A stretch of DNA of 64,000 nt from Phaeosaccion multiseriatum (Eukaryota > Protista > Ochrophyta, other classes): NCBI GenBank assembly GCA_965112735.1, contig OZ218951.1:3782001-3846000 (forward strand), read 5' to 3'. A program made the position numbers and the translations under genes. The notes beneath the pieces were generated by a model that did not search any database, was not told where the DNA came from, and worked only from the letters and a program-made list of their open reading frames with translations. How positions within the stretch are numbered: position 1 is the stretch's first letter; each line of letters starts with the position of its first letter. Of the stretch, positions 22,401-35,487 are shown in pieces.

Positions 22401-25343
22401 AGGAGGAGGAGGAGGAGGAGGAGGAGGAGGAGGAGGAGCAGCAGGAGGAAGAGGAGGAGGAAGAGGACGAGGAGGAGCAGGAGGATGAGGAGGAGAAGGA
22501 GGAGGACGAGGGGGAGCAGGAGGATGAGGAGGAGGACGAGGGGGAGCAGGATGAGAAGGGGGAAAGCAAGTGAAGGAGCAGGAGGAGGAGGAGGAGGAGG
22601 AGGAGGAGGAGGAGGAGGGGGAGGAGGAGGAGGAGGAGGAGGAGGAGGAGGAGGGGGAGGAGGAGGAGGAACAGGAGCAGGATGAGCAGGAGGAGGAGTG
22701 AAGGGGAGGAGGGAGAGGGGAAGGAGGGGGAGGAGGGGGACGGGAAGGAAGAGGAGGAGGGGGAGGAGGAGGAGGAGGAGGAGGAGGAGGAGGAGGAGGA
22801 GGGGAAGGAGACGGAGGAAAGAGGAGGAGCAGTAGGAGGAGGATTGAGAGAGGGTGGAGAGAGACAGCAAGGAGGAGGAGGAGGAGAGCAAGGGAAGAGC
22901 AGGAGGAGCAGGAGCAGGAGGAAGAGGAGGAGGAGGAGGAGGAGGTGGAGGAGGAGGAGGAGGAGGAGGAGGAGGAGGAGGAGGAGGGGGAGAGCAAGTG
23001 AAGGAGCCGGAGAGGGAGGAGGAGGAGGAGGAGGAGGAGGAGGAGGAGGAGGAGGAGGAGGAGGAGGAGGAGGAGGAGCAGGAGAAGGAGGAGGAGGAGG
23101 ACGACGAGGAGGAGGACGAGGAGGAGAAGGAAGAGGAGGAGGAGGAGGAGGAGGAGGAGGAGGAGGAGGAGGAGAAGGGGTGAGAGAGAGGGAGACGGGA
23201 AGGAGAGGGGGGGGAGGAAGAGTAGCGAGAGACGGAGGAGAGAAAGGGAAAGGAGGAGGAAGAGAGCAAGGGGAAGAGCAGGACGAGGAGGAGGGCGAGG
23301 AGGAGGAGGAGTTAGAGAGGGAGGGAGAGGGGAAGGAGAGGGAGGTGAGCAAGAAGAGGAGGAGGAGGAGGAGGAGGAGGAGGAGGAGGAGGAGGAGGAG
23401 GAGGAGGAGGAGGACGGGGTGAGGGAGGAGGAGGAGGAGGAGGAGGAGCAGGAGGCGGAGGCGGAGGCGAAGGATGATGATGATGATGATGAGGAGGAGG
23501 AGGAGGAAAGGGATGAGGAGGAGGAGGAGGAGGAGGAGGAGGAGGAGGAGGAGCAGCAGGAGGAAGAGGAGGAGGAAGAGGACGAGGAGGAGCAGGAGGA
23601 TGAGGAGGAGAAGGAGGAGGACGAGGGGGAGCAGGAGGAGAAGGAGGAGGACGAGGGGGAGCAGGATGAGAAGGGGGAAAGCAAGTGAAGGAGCAGGAGG
23701 AGGAGGAGGAGGAGGAGGAGGAGGAGGAGGAGGAGGACGAGGAGGAGGAGGAGGAGGAGGAGGAGGAGGAGGAGGAGCAGGAGGAGTGAGAGGGAGGAGG
23801 GAGAGGGAATGGAGGGGGAGGTAATGGAGGTGGAGGGGAACAAAAGGAAAAGTAGGACGACGAGGGGGACGAGGAGGAGGAGTGAGAGAGGGAGGAGGGA
23901 GAGAGGGAGGAGGAGGAGGAGGAGGAGGAGGAGGAGGAGGAGGAGGAGGAGGAGGAAGAGGAGGAGGAGGAGGAGGAGGAGGAGGAGGAGCGAGAGTGGG
24001 GAAGCCGGAGGAAGAGAGCAAGGAGAGGGGCAGGAGGAGGAGCAGAAGGAGGAGGAGCAAGAGCAGGAGGAGGAGGGGGAGGAGGAGCAGGAGAAAAAGG
24101 AGGAGGAAGAGGAGGAGTAGGAAGAGAAGGAGCGGGAGAAGGAGCAGCAGCAGCAGGAGGAGGAGAAGGAGGAGGAGGAGGAGGAGGAGGGGGAGGAGGA
24201 GGAGGAGGAAGAAGAGGAAGGGAGCAGGAGTAGGAGTGAGAGAGGGAGGAGGGAGAGGGAAGGGAGGAGGAGGAGGAGGAGGAGGAGGAGGAGGAGGAGG
24301 AGGAGGAGGAGGAGGAGGAGGAGGAACAGGCGCAGGATGAGCAGGAGGAGGAGTGAGAGGGAGGAGGGAGAGGGGAAGGAGGGGGAGGAGGGAGACGGGA
24401 AGGAAGAGGAGGAGGAGGAGGAGGAGGAGGAGGAGGAGGGGTGAGAAAGGGAGGGAGAGGGGAAGGAGAGGGAGGAAAGAGGAGGAGTAGGAGGAGGAGG
24501 ATTGAGAGAGGGAGGAGAGAGACGGCAAGGAGGAGGAGGAGGAGGAGGAGGAGGAGGAGGAGGAGAAGTAGGAGGAGGAGGGGGAGCGGGAGGAGAAGGA
24601 GAAGGAGGAGGAGGAGGAGGAGGAGGAGGAGGAGTAGGAGGAGGAGGAGGAGGAGTGAGAGCGGGGAAGCAGGAGGAAGAGAGCAAGGAGAGGAGCAGGA
24701 GGAGTGGGTGGAGCAGAAGGAGGAGGAGCAAGAGCAGGAGGAGGAGCAGGAAGAAGAGGAGGAGTGAGAGGGAGGAAAGACGGTGAAGATGATAATGATG
24801 ATGATCATGATGATGATGGTAAAAGGAGGAGGAGAAGTAGAAAGGAGGAGGAGGAGGAGAAAGAGGAGGAAGAGGAGGAGTAGGAGGAGGAGGAGTGGGA
24901 GAAGGAGGAGGAGGAGGAGGAGGAGGAGGAGGAGGAGTAGGAGGAGGAGGAGGAGGAGGAGGAAGAGGAGGAGGAGGAGGCGGAGGAGGAGTGAGAGGGA
25001 GGAGGGAGGAGGAAGAGGACGAGGAGCAGGTGGAGCAGGAGGAGGAGTGAGAGGGAGGAGGGAGAGGGGAAGGAGGGGGAGGAGGAGGAGGAGGAGGAGG
25101 AGAAGGAGGAGGAGGAGGAGGAGGAGGAGGCGGAGGGGGAGGAGGAGGAGGAGGAGGAGGAGGAGGAGGAGGAGGAGGAGAAGGAAGAGGGGAAGGAAGA
25201 GGGGAAGGAATGAGAGAGGGAGAAGGGAGAGGGAGGGAAAGGAGGGGAGAGGGAGCAAGAGGACGAGTAGGGACAGGAGAAGGAAGGGGAGGAGCAGTGA
25301 GAGAGGGAGGGGAGAGAGGGGATAGGAGAGGAGAGAAAGGGGA

Positions 25344-25383
<40 letters not shown>

Positions 25384-26694
25384 GAGGAGGAGGAGGAGGA
25401 GGAGGAAGAAGAGGAAGGGAGCAGGAGTAGGAGTGAGAGAGGGAGGAGGGAGAGGGAGAGGAGGAGGAGGAGAAGGAGGAGGAGAGCAAGGGAAGGGGGA
25501 TGAGGAGGAGGAGGAGGAGGAGGAGGAGGAGGAGTAGGAGGAGGAGAGGAGGAGGAGGAGGAGGAAGAGGAGGAGGAGGAGGAGGAGGAGGAGGAGGAGG
25601 AGGAGGAGAAGGGGGAGAGCAAGTGAAGGAGCCGGAGAGGGAGGAGGAGGAGGAGGAGGAGGAGGAGGAGGAGGAGGAGGAGGAGGAGGAGGAAGAAGAG
25701 GAAGGGAGCAGGAGTAGGAGTGAGAGAGGGAGGAGGGAGAGAGAGGAGGAGGAGGAGGAGGAGGAGGACGGGGATGAGAAGGAGGAGGAGGACGGGGATG
25801 AGAAGGAGGAGGAGCAGGAGGAGGAGGAAGAGGAGGAGGAAGAGGACGAGGAGGAGCAGGAGCATGAGGTGGATGAGGAGGAGGAAGAGGAGGAGGAGGA
25901 GGAGGAGGAGGAGGAGGGGGAGCGGGAGGAGAAGGAGAAGGAGGAGGAGGAGGAGGAGGAGGAGGAGGAGGAGGAGTAGGAGGAGGAGGAGTGAGAGCGG
26001 GGAAGCAGGAGGAAGAGAGCAAGGAGAGGAGCAGGAGGAGTGGGTGGAGCAGGAGGAGGAGGAGCAGAAGGAGGAGGAGCAAGAGCAGGAGGAGGAGCAG
26101 GAAGAAGAGGAGGAGTGAGAGGGAGGAATGACGGTGAAGATGATAATGATGATGATTATGATGATGATGGTAAAAGGAGGAGGAGAAGTAGAAAGGAGGA
26201 GGAGGAGGAGAAAGAGGAGGAAGAGGAGGAGTAGGAGGAGGAGGAGTGGGAGAAGGAGGAGGAGGAGGAGGAGGAGGAGGAGGAGGAGGAGGAGGAAGAG
26301 GAGGAGGAGGAGGCGGAGGAGGAGTGAGAGGGAGGAGGGAGGAGGAAGAGGACGAGGAGCAGGTGGAGCAGGAGGAGGAGTGAGAGGGAGGAGGGAGAGG
26401 GGAAGGAGGGGGAGGAGGGGGAGGAGGAGGAGGAGAAGGAGGAGGAGGAGGAGGAGGAGGAGGCGGAGGGGGAGGAGGAGGAGGAGGAGGGGGAGGAGGA
26501 GGAGGAGGAGGAGGAGGAGGAGGAGGAGGAGGAGGAGGAGGAGAAGGAAGAGGGGAAGGAATGAGAGAGGGAGAAGGGAGAGGGAGGGAAAGGAGGGGAG
26601 AGGGAGCAAGAGGACGAGTAGGGACAGGAGAAGGAAGGGGAGGAGCAGTGAGAGAGGGAGGGGATAGAGGGGATAGGAGAGGAGAGAAAGGGGA

Positions 26695-26737
<43 letters not shown>

Positions 26738-27414
26738 GAGGAGGAGGAGGAGGAGGAGGAGGAGGAAGAAGAGGAAGGGAGCAGGAGTAGGAGTGAGAGA
26801 GGGAGGAGGGAGAGGGAGAGGAGGAGGAGGAGGAGGAGGAGAGCAAGGGAAGGGGGATGAGGAGGAGGAGGAGGAGGAGGAGGAGTAGGAGGAGGAGAGG
26901 AGGAGGAGGAGGAAGAGGAGGAGGAGGAGGAGGAAGAGGAGGAGGAGGAGGAGGAGGAGAAGGGGGAGAGCAAGTGAAGGAGCCGGAGAGGGAGGAGGAG
27001 GAGGAGGAGGAGGAGGAGGAAGAAGAGGAAGGGAGCAGGAGTAGGAGTGAGAGAGGGAGGAGGGAGAGGGAGGAGGGAGAGGGAGAGGAGGAGGAGGAGG
27101 AGGAGGAGGAGGAGGAGAGCAAGGGAAGGGGGATGAGGAGGAGGAGGAGGAGGAGGAGGAGGAGGAGGAGGAGGAGGAGGAGGAGGAAGAAGAGGAAGGG
27201 AGCAGGAGTAGGAGTGAGAGAGGGAGGAGGGAGAGGGAGGAGGGAGAGGGAGAGGAGGAGGAGGAGGAGGAGGAGGAGGAGGAGGAGGAGGAGGAGGAGG
27301 AGGAAGAGGTGGAAGAGGGGAAGAGGAGGAAGAGGATCAGGAGGAGGAGGAGGAGGAGGATGGTGATGAGGAGGAGGAGCGGGGGGGGGGGGAAGGATGA
27401 TGACAGTGATGACA

Positions 27415-27460
<46 letters not shown>

Positions 27461-27468
27461 GGATGACA

Positions 27469-27500
<32 letters not shown>

Positions 27501-27845
27501 TGTGATTATGAGGATTATGATGATGATTATGATTAGAAGGAGGATGAAGAGGAGGAGGTGGTGGAGAAGGGGGGGGAGGAGGGGGGAGAGGAGGAGGGTG
27601 AGCAGAAGAAGGATGACAAGGAGGACCAGAGCCAGGAGAAGGAAACGAATAAGCAGACGAAGCACGAGAAGAAGAACGAGGAGCAGGCGAAGGGGGAAGA
27701 AGAGGATAACGAGGAGGAGGAGCACGAGACGAAGAAGCAGGCAGGCGAAGGAGGCTAAGAAGAAGCAGGCGGGAAGAAAGGGGCGATATTTCGCCGTCAC
27801 TTACGCCGTCATGATGGGGTTATCTTGCGGTGCGTTGCCATTCAT
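19408..27845 (-). CDS. Rhomboid-family pseudoprotease with SHP-box-like motif and UBA domain; 41-nt exon 1 (27845-27805), then a 6554-nt intron
   Basis: Spliced N-terminus MNGNAPQDNPIMTA/YGGWAAKTPFTSR. Motifs ELYRLLT, GPRLE, IPSKYYP; GFWN in place of GxSG; FTGAGHSL; UBA LQDMGFSGDDALAALNTCGGDVRAAAALL. Confidence 0.82.
21271..27600. repeat. Compound purine microsatellite: (GAA)~57, (GGA)n matrix with higher-order ~1.1-kb and ~1.35-kb duplications, plus (CAG)n and (GAT)n blocks
   Basis: Direct reading. Landmarks recur at 21576/22682, 22301/23419, 25210/26561 and 25500/26857. Confidence 0.95.
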
Positions 27846-28013
27846 GGTCTTTTCCTACCCTATGCCCCTACCACTCTCCCGTCCTCTCCTCTTCAAGCCC
27901 CCCCAAAGTGATCTCGAAGTGTGAAAGTGTGTTCCCAACGACTGGTGCAGCAGTTGGTGACTCGGGATGCAGATGGCACAGGGCCAAATAACGTTACAAA
28001 TTCGATTCTGGGG

Positions 28014-31000
28014 ATGGACGCCTCGAGCGTGGCGTCCGACTTGCAGCAGCAGCAGCAGGAGGATGAGGCAATGTGTCTGGAGCGGAGCACGAGGAAGCTT
28101 CTTGCAGAGTCGTTTGTGATCCTACTAGACGGCTCGAGTAGCAGCCGGGCGCACCAAACGCGGCTCCTCAAGAGGCTGGTGGGCACACACTGCGTCCTGC
28201 AAGATATGAGCGACATTCGGCGTATGGTTGCTAGTCATGCGGGCGTTGATATCATTGTGGTGGATTTGGATCCTGCGACAGTCAAGCTCTTGGACTGGCT
28301 GCGCGAGCGAAGTCTTTCCGACAGCAAGCTCGCCGTGATTCCGGTGCTGGTCATAGTGAATCCAGACAACCCTCAGGTGGAAATGCTGCAAACCGCGTTG
28401 GATGCCGGAGCGGCAGACTGCTTGTACAGGCCATTGACAGAAGCTACATGGGTCCACCGCGTCGGTCAAGTCTTGAGACGGAAAGTAGAGGTGGAAAATG
28501 TCTATCGCGACTTGCAGAGGGGCGAAGTGGAAGAAGTGAAGCTGCTGAAGATTCCTCGGTTTCATTTGGACGGCTTTGACATGGACACTGAGCCGAAGGT
28601 ATCCAATTCTGCGACTCTAAAGTCCCGCGACTCTTTGATACAGCTGGTCCCAAAGACAACGTCGGTGGTGCCCCCTTCGAAAGGGGACGAGGAGATCGTG
28701 CAGCCTGCCCGCATTGGGGACAAAAAGTCAAGAAGCTCTGGCCGAGCGAAAGGCCGAATGAAGACGACTGCTCAGACTGTAATGTCCCTGACCCAGCTTG
28801 GCGGTGGCGCATCCTCTGCGGTCGATATTACGAGCGCGCTTCGACGGCCCCGACTCTACCGTGCTGTCCCATCATCAGGAGGAGGCGGGGCAGCTGCAGG
28901 CTTGTCGGCGGCGGCGCGCGTAGTGTCTGCCGAGCTACGTCCTTTCGTGTGGAGGAGTAGGCCGGAGCAGAGATCGCCCCGCGCGTGCAACGGAATGAGC
29001 AGGTCGCGTGTTGCCAAGCTGAGGGGACTCATGGAGATAACGCTTCCCTTCAGCCAAGGGCAATCGACAAAGGAGGCCTGGGCTCGCAACGAGGGTGTTC
29101 TCTATGAAGCGGACGCCAAGACTTTCAACAAGTCGGAACAATCGGGCGATGAAAATGTATCCCCAACGGTAACTCGCGACCGAGGCCTTGTGAACCGCCT
29201 CAAAGACAAGGAAAAGAATCCTGTCGTTACTGCAAACGTGACGGACATTTGCAGGACTATATTGTGTGACGGTCAGACTCGTCCGAGACCCCTTGGGACG
29301 AACAGTGCTGTGCACCACGCAAAGGAAAAGTTTTGCGCCGTGAGAGACAACAAGCGAAAGGCAATAAACAACGAGCAGCACGGGCAGGAGACACGCGACA
29401 ATCTTTTTCGAATCGTGGTGTCTTCCATGGCCAAGAATGTGTTGCATGAAGGCCTGGGGGAGCTGGTGCAGCGGCCAGACGATGTCCTCGCCGCTGACTT
29501 TATACACCCCCCTTCCACAACCGGTACTACTCCGGCGTCGACTGCAACATCAGTCTTCATGAAGAAGCTACGAGGCCGAGACTTTGACGGTGCCCTTCAA
29601 CTCTGTCGTAAGGCTGTACAGGCAGAGCCCACCAACATTCGCTGTATCATGAACAAGGTAAGGCCTCAAAGAGGGGGAGGGGGTTAAAGGCATGATGGTA
29701 GACGCGCGGCACAACACCAATTTGTGTATTTCGTTTGCTGCTGACAATGTGCCCAGGCGGTGGCCAATGCACGTGCTGGTGAACCTTTCGACGCTTTGAC
29801 GGATTTTGCTCAAGCACTTCGACTGTGCCAGCAACGCCCTATGACTTGCGAGAAGGACTTGGTAGGCACGATTCACTTCAATCGCGCCATTGTGTACACC
29901 ATGCTAGGAGACGATGTCAAGGCCCTTCTCGACCTCAATGAAGCGGTCAAGAGAGATCCCCGATGTCACCGCTACCGATCACACAGGGCGCTTCTGCGAA
30001 GGCGTTGCGACGACTTTACTGCGGCCGGCAAGGACTATCAGAGGCTCTTGGTGCAGGTAACAATGGGCCACGCCTTCTATGGTTGATTCTTTTTATGTCG
30101 TTTCTCGCTGACTCCTCCTATCCAACTTGCTGCGCACAGGCTGAGCTAGACCGACGGACGCTGCAGGCCGAGCAGAAAGAGCTGGAGGGACCCCGGCTCG
30201 AAGAGGGCCAGGGAGAGTGTCGACGGGAGAATATCAAGCGGACAAAGTACGTGAAAACCTGACGTTGCGCCCTCTTCAGTTGCAGACTTGTCAATGACCA
30301 GTGTTTTGTTCTCTCCCTCTTTCGTCCCTCGGCACACACACACTACTGTGTCGTCTGGAGCAGAGCGAATGTTGCTGGTGACGCCGGCTTGCTGCAGGGC
30401 AGGCCTTCCGGAAATGCCATCCCCGAGAGAGTGCCGCAGAGCTTCGACCCCACGTACGGCCAGAGCTTTGAAGAGATTAGCTCGATCATAGTTCAGACTC
30501 CAACTCTGGTAGCAGGCAAGCTCAGGAGCGTGGACGGGGAGAAAGACCCCACACTGACCAACTACAAGGACGCGCTTCATCCCACCATGAAGGACGAAGT
30601 TTTTGAAGAGCTATTTTGCAAGCCCTTACCACTTCACGAAGCCTTGACGCTGGGGCCCGAACAGCGGAGTGGTGAGCATGTTGCCACGATTGCAAAGTAT
30701 ATCAAGGTCCTGCCCCAGTTTTACAAACTGCCCCCGGCTGAGGTCAACCGGATTGCTGCACACATTGAATATCGGGTACTGCAAGCGGGAAGCCCAATCT
30801 TTCGACAAGGAAAGACGCCAGAGGCTATGGCCGTCATTCTCTCGGGTGAGGTCCAAATCAGGATGCGGCGGCACGACAAGATGGTGGCCGAGTTGCGGGC
30901 CCTTGGCGCAGAAGAGTCGTTCGGGGAAGATACTCTGCTCATGAGTACGGCGAAGGACCTTCCATACGCGGAGACTCGCTTGGTGCAAGGCTACCGGGCG

Positions 31001-32200
31001 ACGCGTGCGACAGAGCTATTACTCGTCCTTGCCGAAGACTTCCACAACGCAAAGCATCTTGTACAGCAATGCCGTCACAGACTGCGCAAAAAATTCTTGG
31101 CCCTGCGGAGGTGCCGGTGCTTCGACACATGGCCGCGCGATGACATCATGCGCCTCGCCATCATGTCGCACCTCACCACCTTTCCGCTGGAGAGCGTCAT
31201 GATGGAGCAAGGCGAGGAGGCCCAAGAGGTAGGTGGCACACACAACCTGCATCCCCCTCCCCCGGTCCCCTCCTTAAAGCTGAGGCAGTCACGCGGCGCA
31301 CTCTCTTGTCCCCCTCGCGCAGCTCCATGTGCTCTTGATGGGCATTGCTCGTGTCGTCAAGTACCCGGACCGAAGCGCGCAAGTGCAGCGCAAGCTCGCT
31401 GATCTCCAAGCCGAGGTAGCTCGGATCCGGGAAAAGTACGTCTACCATCACAGCCTTCGACATACACAGTCTCGAGTCAGCGCGCATGAAAGCGCTCGCC
31501 AGCTAGGTCTCCCATCCAGCATGCTGAAAAGCGAGACGCATCTCTGCGAGATGCAGGAAAAACTCGATGCGTCATACACCACCAACACGGAGGTTCGTCT
31601 CGTGCAGCTCCAGCGACAGATCACCCGCCTCGAGCATCGCCTCAGCAGCATCCGACGCACTGACGGAGACACGGTGGACGCCGACAAGGTGCACATGGTG
31701 GCACACTTAACGTGCGGCGATATATTCGGGGAGAGGGCCGTCAGTGCCGTGGAAGGAAGCGTAGCACTCGGCAGTGTTGTCGCAGAGAGCGTGGTGGAGA
31801 CTCTCGCCATCCACAAGATCGCCTTGCAGACGTTCGCCATTACAGAGGACTTTGTCAATGTGAGTACAGGGGTTTTGTTGCTGAATATGTCTGTACGTCT
31901 GTTGCCTTGCCTGAACCGATACCGGGATGGCAGTGTTGACGACGCGTCGCTCTCGCGTCACTGCAGGCTGTGCGGCAGAAGGCGACCTTCTATCCCGAAG
32001 ATATCAAGCTGGCCGAGGCCATTGAAGCCGAACGCGCGTGGACCGAAGGTCGACGTCTTTTGGTCGTGGACATCCTCACAGGGCCGCAGGCTGGAGACAG
32101 AAGGACCAAGAATCAGCAAATCCTGCGAGACAAGCCCCTCTGCAAACCAGACATCCGACTCAAAAAGAGGCGTACTCCTGGCGTCGTGCCTGCGTCGTAG
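28014..32200 (+). CDS. Multi-domain signalling protein: receiver (REC)-like domain, TPR repeats, two cyclic-nucleotide-binding domains
   Basis: VDIIVVDL...IPVLVI...ALDAGAADCLYRPL (REC); IHFNRAIVYTMLGDDVKALLDLNEAVKRDP (TPR); IFRQG...ILSGEV...SFGE and IFGE (cNMP); canonical introns. Confidence 0.8.
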
Positions 32201-35200
32201 AGAGCCCAAATCGCAGAATGTCTCGAGGCGCCACCACGCAACCCGGCGGAGGGCCTTTGCCTGAGCACTCCAAGAGTTGCGTGCAGAGCGAGAGACCGTC
32301 GTCGCCGATGCTGGTGCTGCTGGTGGTGGTGCTGCTGCTACAGGAAGAACCAGGCCCGGTCCTGGACGTGCGCTTTTTCATAGTCAAGTGCAAGTCTATT
32401 GTGCGCAAAAGAGTCCGACGGGCCATCGTGTGCACCACAGCGAGACGGACAAGTCGGAGGGTCTTCATCTTGCGACAAGCTGCATAGCGACGCAGATGCG
32501 ACTGGATGGCGATACACGCCGCCAATACTACAAGGTATCTCTTGCGTGTCCGCCGAGTCAGCAGAATGTTGAGCCACCACAGCCCGAGTTGACAGGCAGC
32601 CTGGAAAAAGAACGTTCAGAGAATGTCAACTTTGTGCGCCTGTACTTTGTGCTCTGTACTTGCACTCACCCAGCCTCTGATTAGCGTATGTGCCCGGTGT
32701 TGCCGGAAAGCATACTGGATGAGCCTCGCATTGAACGCAAACTTGAGCTTCAAAATGGCCTCCCTCTCCTCCTCCGTCATTCCGATAGACCCTGGACTCG
32801 GTTCGTACTCGTCCCCAGACACCAGCGCGCAGCCGCACTCCTGAGCGTGTGAGAGTTACAAGGGGCCCGTTTTCTTTAGAGAGATGCACTCAGACTACTA
32901 CTGAAAGGTGCTGGAAACTTACCGTGCACAGATAGTCAATCTCTACGGCTGTGCCCTCCGCCTCCAGCTCGGCTAGACGCTGCGCGTGGCCTTCCACGAC
33001 GAAGCGTACACCGCAAGTCAAACAATGCAGTGAAGTGTGGTGGTCCACAACAATGCTCAAATTCCCCCCCATGACCGAGTCTAACGCCCCGGCCAAGCCA
33101 AAGCCCCAGTCGCTCTGTACTCTGCACACAACAGGGCTGTTGGCGGGCGTTGCACCGAGGGTGGGCGGTATAGATGGTCGAGAAATACCAATGACGGCCC
33201 CTCGCTTGTTTTCGTCCTCTGTACCAGTGACCCATCCCCTTTGCGCCGAAGAGTCCCCTCCCTCCCACCGCCCGTGCCACCGCGACTGCTGTTGCTGGTC
33301 CTGTTGAGAATCAAGTACCTCTGAAGTCACGTCACCGCCACCCTCAGATGAGACGAAATGCCGATCTCGCGCGAATGTGATTTCGGGGGCAAGAGGAGCA
33401 GCGGGCATCCCTGGGAGTATCAAGTCTTGCTGGTCCAGTTCGCTGTTGGTGCTCCCCTCCCTCATGTCGTCGATGGAAGTATTGTCTCGAGCCGAGAGTC
33501 CGACTCTTTGATGTGGCTGCATCATGACCACAGGAGTTTCCAAGGATTTGATGACGTTGGTGCTGCTTCCTCGTCTCATCCTGATCTGCATGGTTAGCTT
33601 CTTTTGCTTTGCACTGTTTTGCGTCAATTGCTGTTCTTGTCTTGCACCTTGCGGCTGTTTGTCTCTGAGAGGGCTCTTTGACGGAGGAGATTCCATCTCT
33701 TCGTCTCGAGGGAGAGCGTTTCCCGAGCTCACCGTCTCTCCATCACCAATCAAATAGACCTCCACTCCTGCGGTGCACCAAAAGAGAGGATCAGAATCAG
33801 CGCTGACGCTCGAGCATGTTCTTTCCAATCTTTCTTGCCTGGGGATGGTGCTTTTTCGCAGCAACTTGAAACGCTCTTCTCCCCGAGGTGTGCTTGCTCC
33901 TTTTCCAGGTGCTCTCGCTCGAGTCTAGAGCTCTGTAGCAACAAGAGGGCGCTCCTCGCCCACCGCTGTATGGCTTGTACCGCCGTGCGCCTCCTGCTAC
34001 TCGCATCACGGACGTTGTGGCCTCGCCATATCGTTTGTATGCGTACGGAGGAGTCACGCAACTGTTTGCAACGTTTTAACGCTTCCCGTCGTTGCCAATA
34101 GTCCAAGACCGCCTCACAAATTCGAAGGGAGGCCAATCGCCGGTGACGCGCCTCTTTTCGCGTACACGCTACTTGGCGGCCCAGATATCCTCGAAAACTA
34201 TAGGAGAAGAGAGAGAGAGAGAGGGAGAGTGAGCGACAGATAGAAAGAGGTATGAGTGGGTTGACAAAGAAAAAGGAGCGGGAGCAAACTCACAGCTTTT
34301 GGATGGATTGAGCGTGTCGCTGCTGTGCCCGAATCCGTAGCAAAGCCTCTCTCCTCGTCCTTCTCGCCCTCCCCTCTCGGTAGATCCTTTGCATGCAGAT
34401 TGATGCCCGCTGTAGCCGCTGCAAACGCTCTTGGCCGCGGACGAGGTTGATTGCATGCCGGCATTGGCTACCCCTCCACGTGCGCTGCAGATCATAAAAG
34501 CAAAAAAGCGTGCAGCTCGGTTGATATACATATGGGCATACCAGAGGATCCGACTTCACGTTACCTGCAAAGTGCCAATGGCGCGAAGTTCCATCTCCTG
34601 TCTTGCCCGCTTTGCGACTTGTCGGGCACGCCAGTTGCGCCATCTCTCTTGCACAAGCAGGGCCCTTGAAGATGCACTTCGAAAGGCCGCTACGCGACGA
34701 ACACTCGTGTAATAAAAGGAGCGGACAATGACCTTACTAATGTCATGTATTAAGCGCCGTCTGCGCGCGGGAGTCGAAGTCGAAGCATTCCGGCCGTGAC
34801 GGGTTTCAAGGCCGCCCGCCGTTCCCGGTAGAACGAACTCCAGCTTTTCTTCGATCTGTGCAAAGCAACAAGTTCCACAAACGCTGGTGAGGTGTGCGTG
34901 TGTATGAGCGTATGCATGTGTGCGTCGCGACTTACCAGCCCCGCCGCGTGTCTCCAGTCGCACGTTGTTGTATTCTCCGAGTGAGCGTCCCGCAGAGCGA
35001 GAGGTTTCAAGCACCAGAAAGGGTGCTGCTGAATGCTCGTTCCAGCACTAGCAGTGGACTGCATTGCCAATGAGGCTTCAGGAGGACGACCTACTGATGC
35101 ATCCGGCGATTTCCATCGCTCCCCCCTCGAACGCTTGCCCCCTCTGCAGCCTCCCGTGTCGTGGATGGCCTGCTGCTCAGCTGCGGACTGTGTTCGCTGC

Positions 35201-35487
35201 TGCTGCCGGTCCTGCTGCTGCCGCTGCTGCTGCCACCCCTGCCACCGCTGCTGCTGCCGCAGCTGTTCCAGCTCGATAGGCTCTAGATGCCCATCCTTCA
35301 TATCTTCCGCCCCCTGTCCTGCTGGTCCCAAATCGCATCGCTGGGGCGTGACAGGGGGCCCTTCCTTGCCCCCAGGGCCGGCAGGGAGGCGGCCGTCAAG
35401 AAGGCGCTCTCGCGCTAAGCTGCAACCTCGCGGGTGGGAGGAGCGCTTGGCCTTTAAGAGCGAAAGACGCCGGCTATTACTACCCAT
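32160..35487 (-). CDS. Multi-IQ-motif (calmodulin-binding) protein, multi-exon, includes a GC-AG intron
   Basis: LQRTWRG, IQKLFRGYLGR, IQTIWRGHNVR, IQRWAR, IQYAFR, IQSHLRR after manual splicing; start codon less certain. Confidence 0.7.

Noticed and set aside
21040-27924. Very long poly-L/P/S/E/R/G ORFs (1162 aa, 1871 aa and others)
   Set aside because: They are by-products of stop-poor triplet repeats inside the predicted rhomboid intron; only the 21250-21090 portion is exon.
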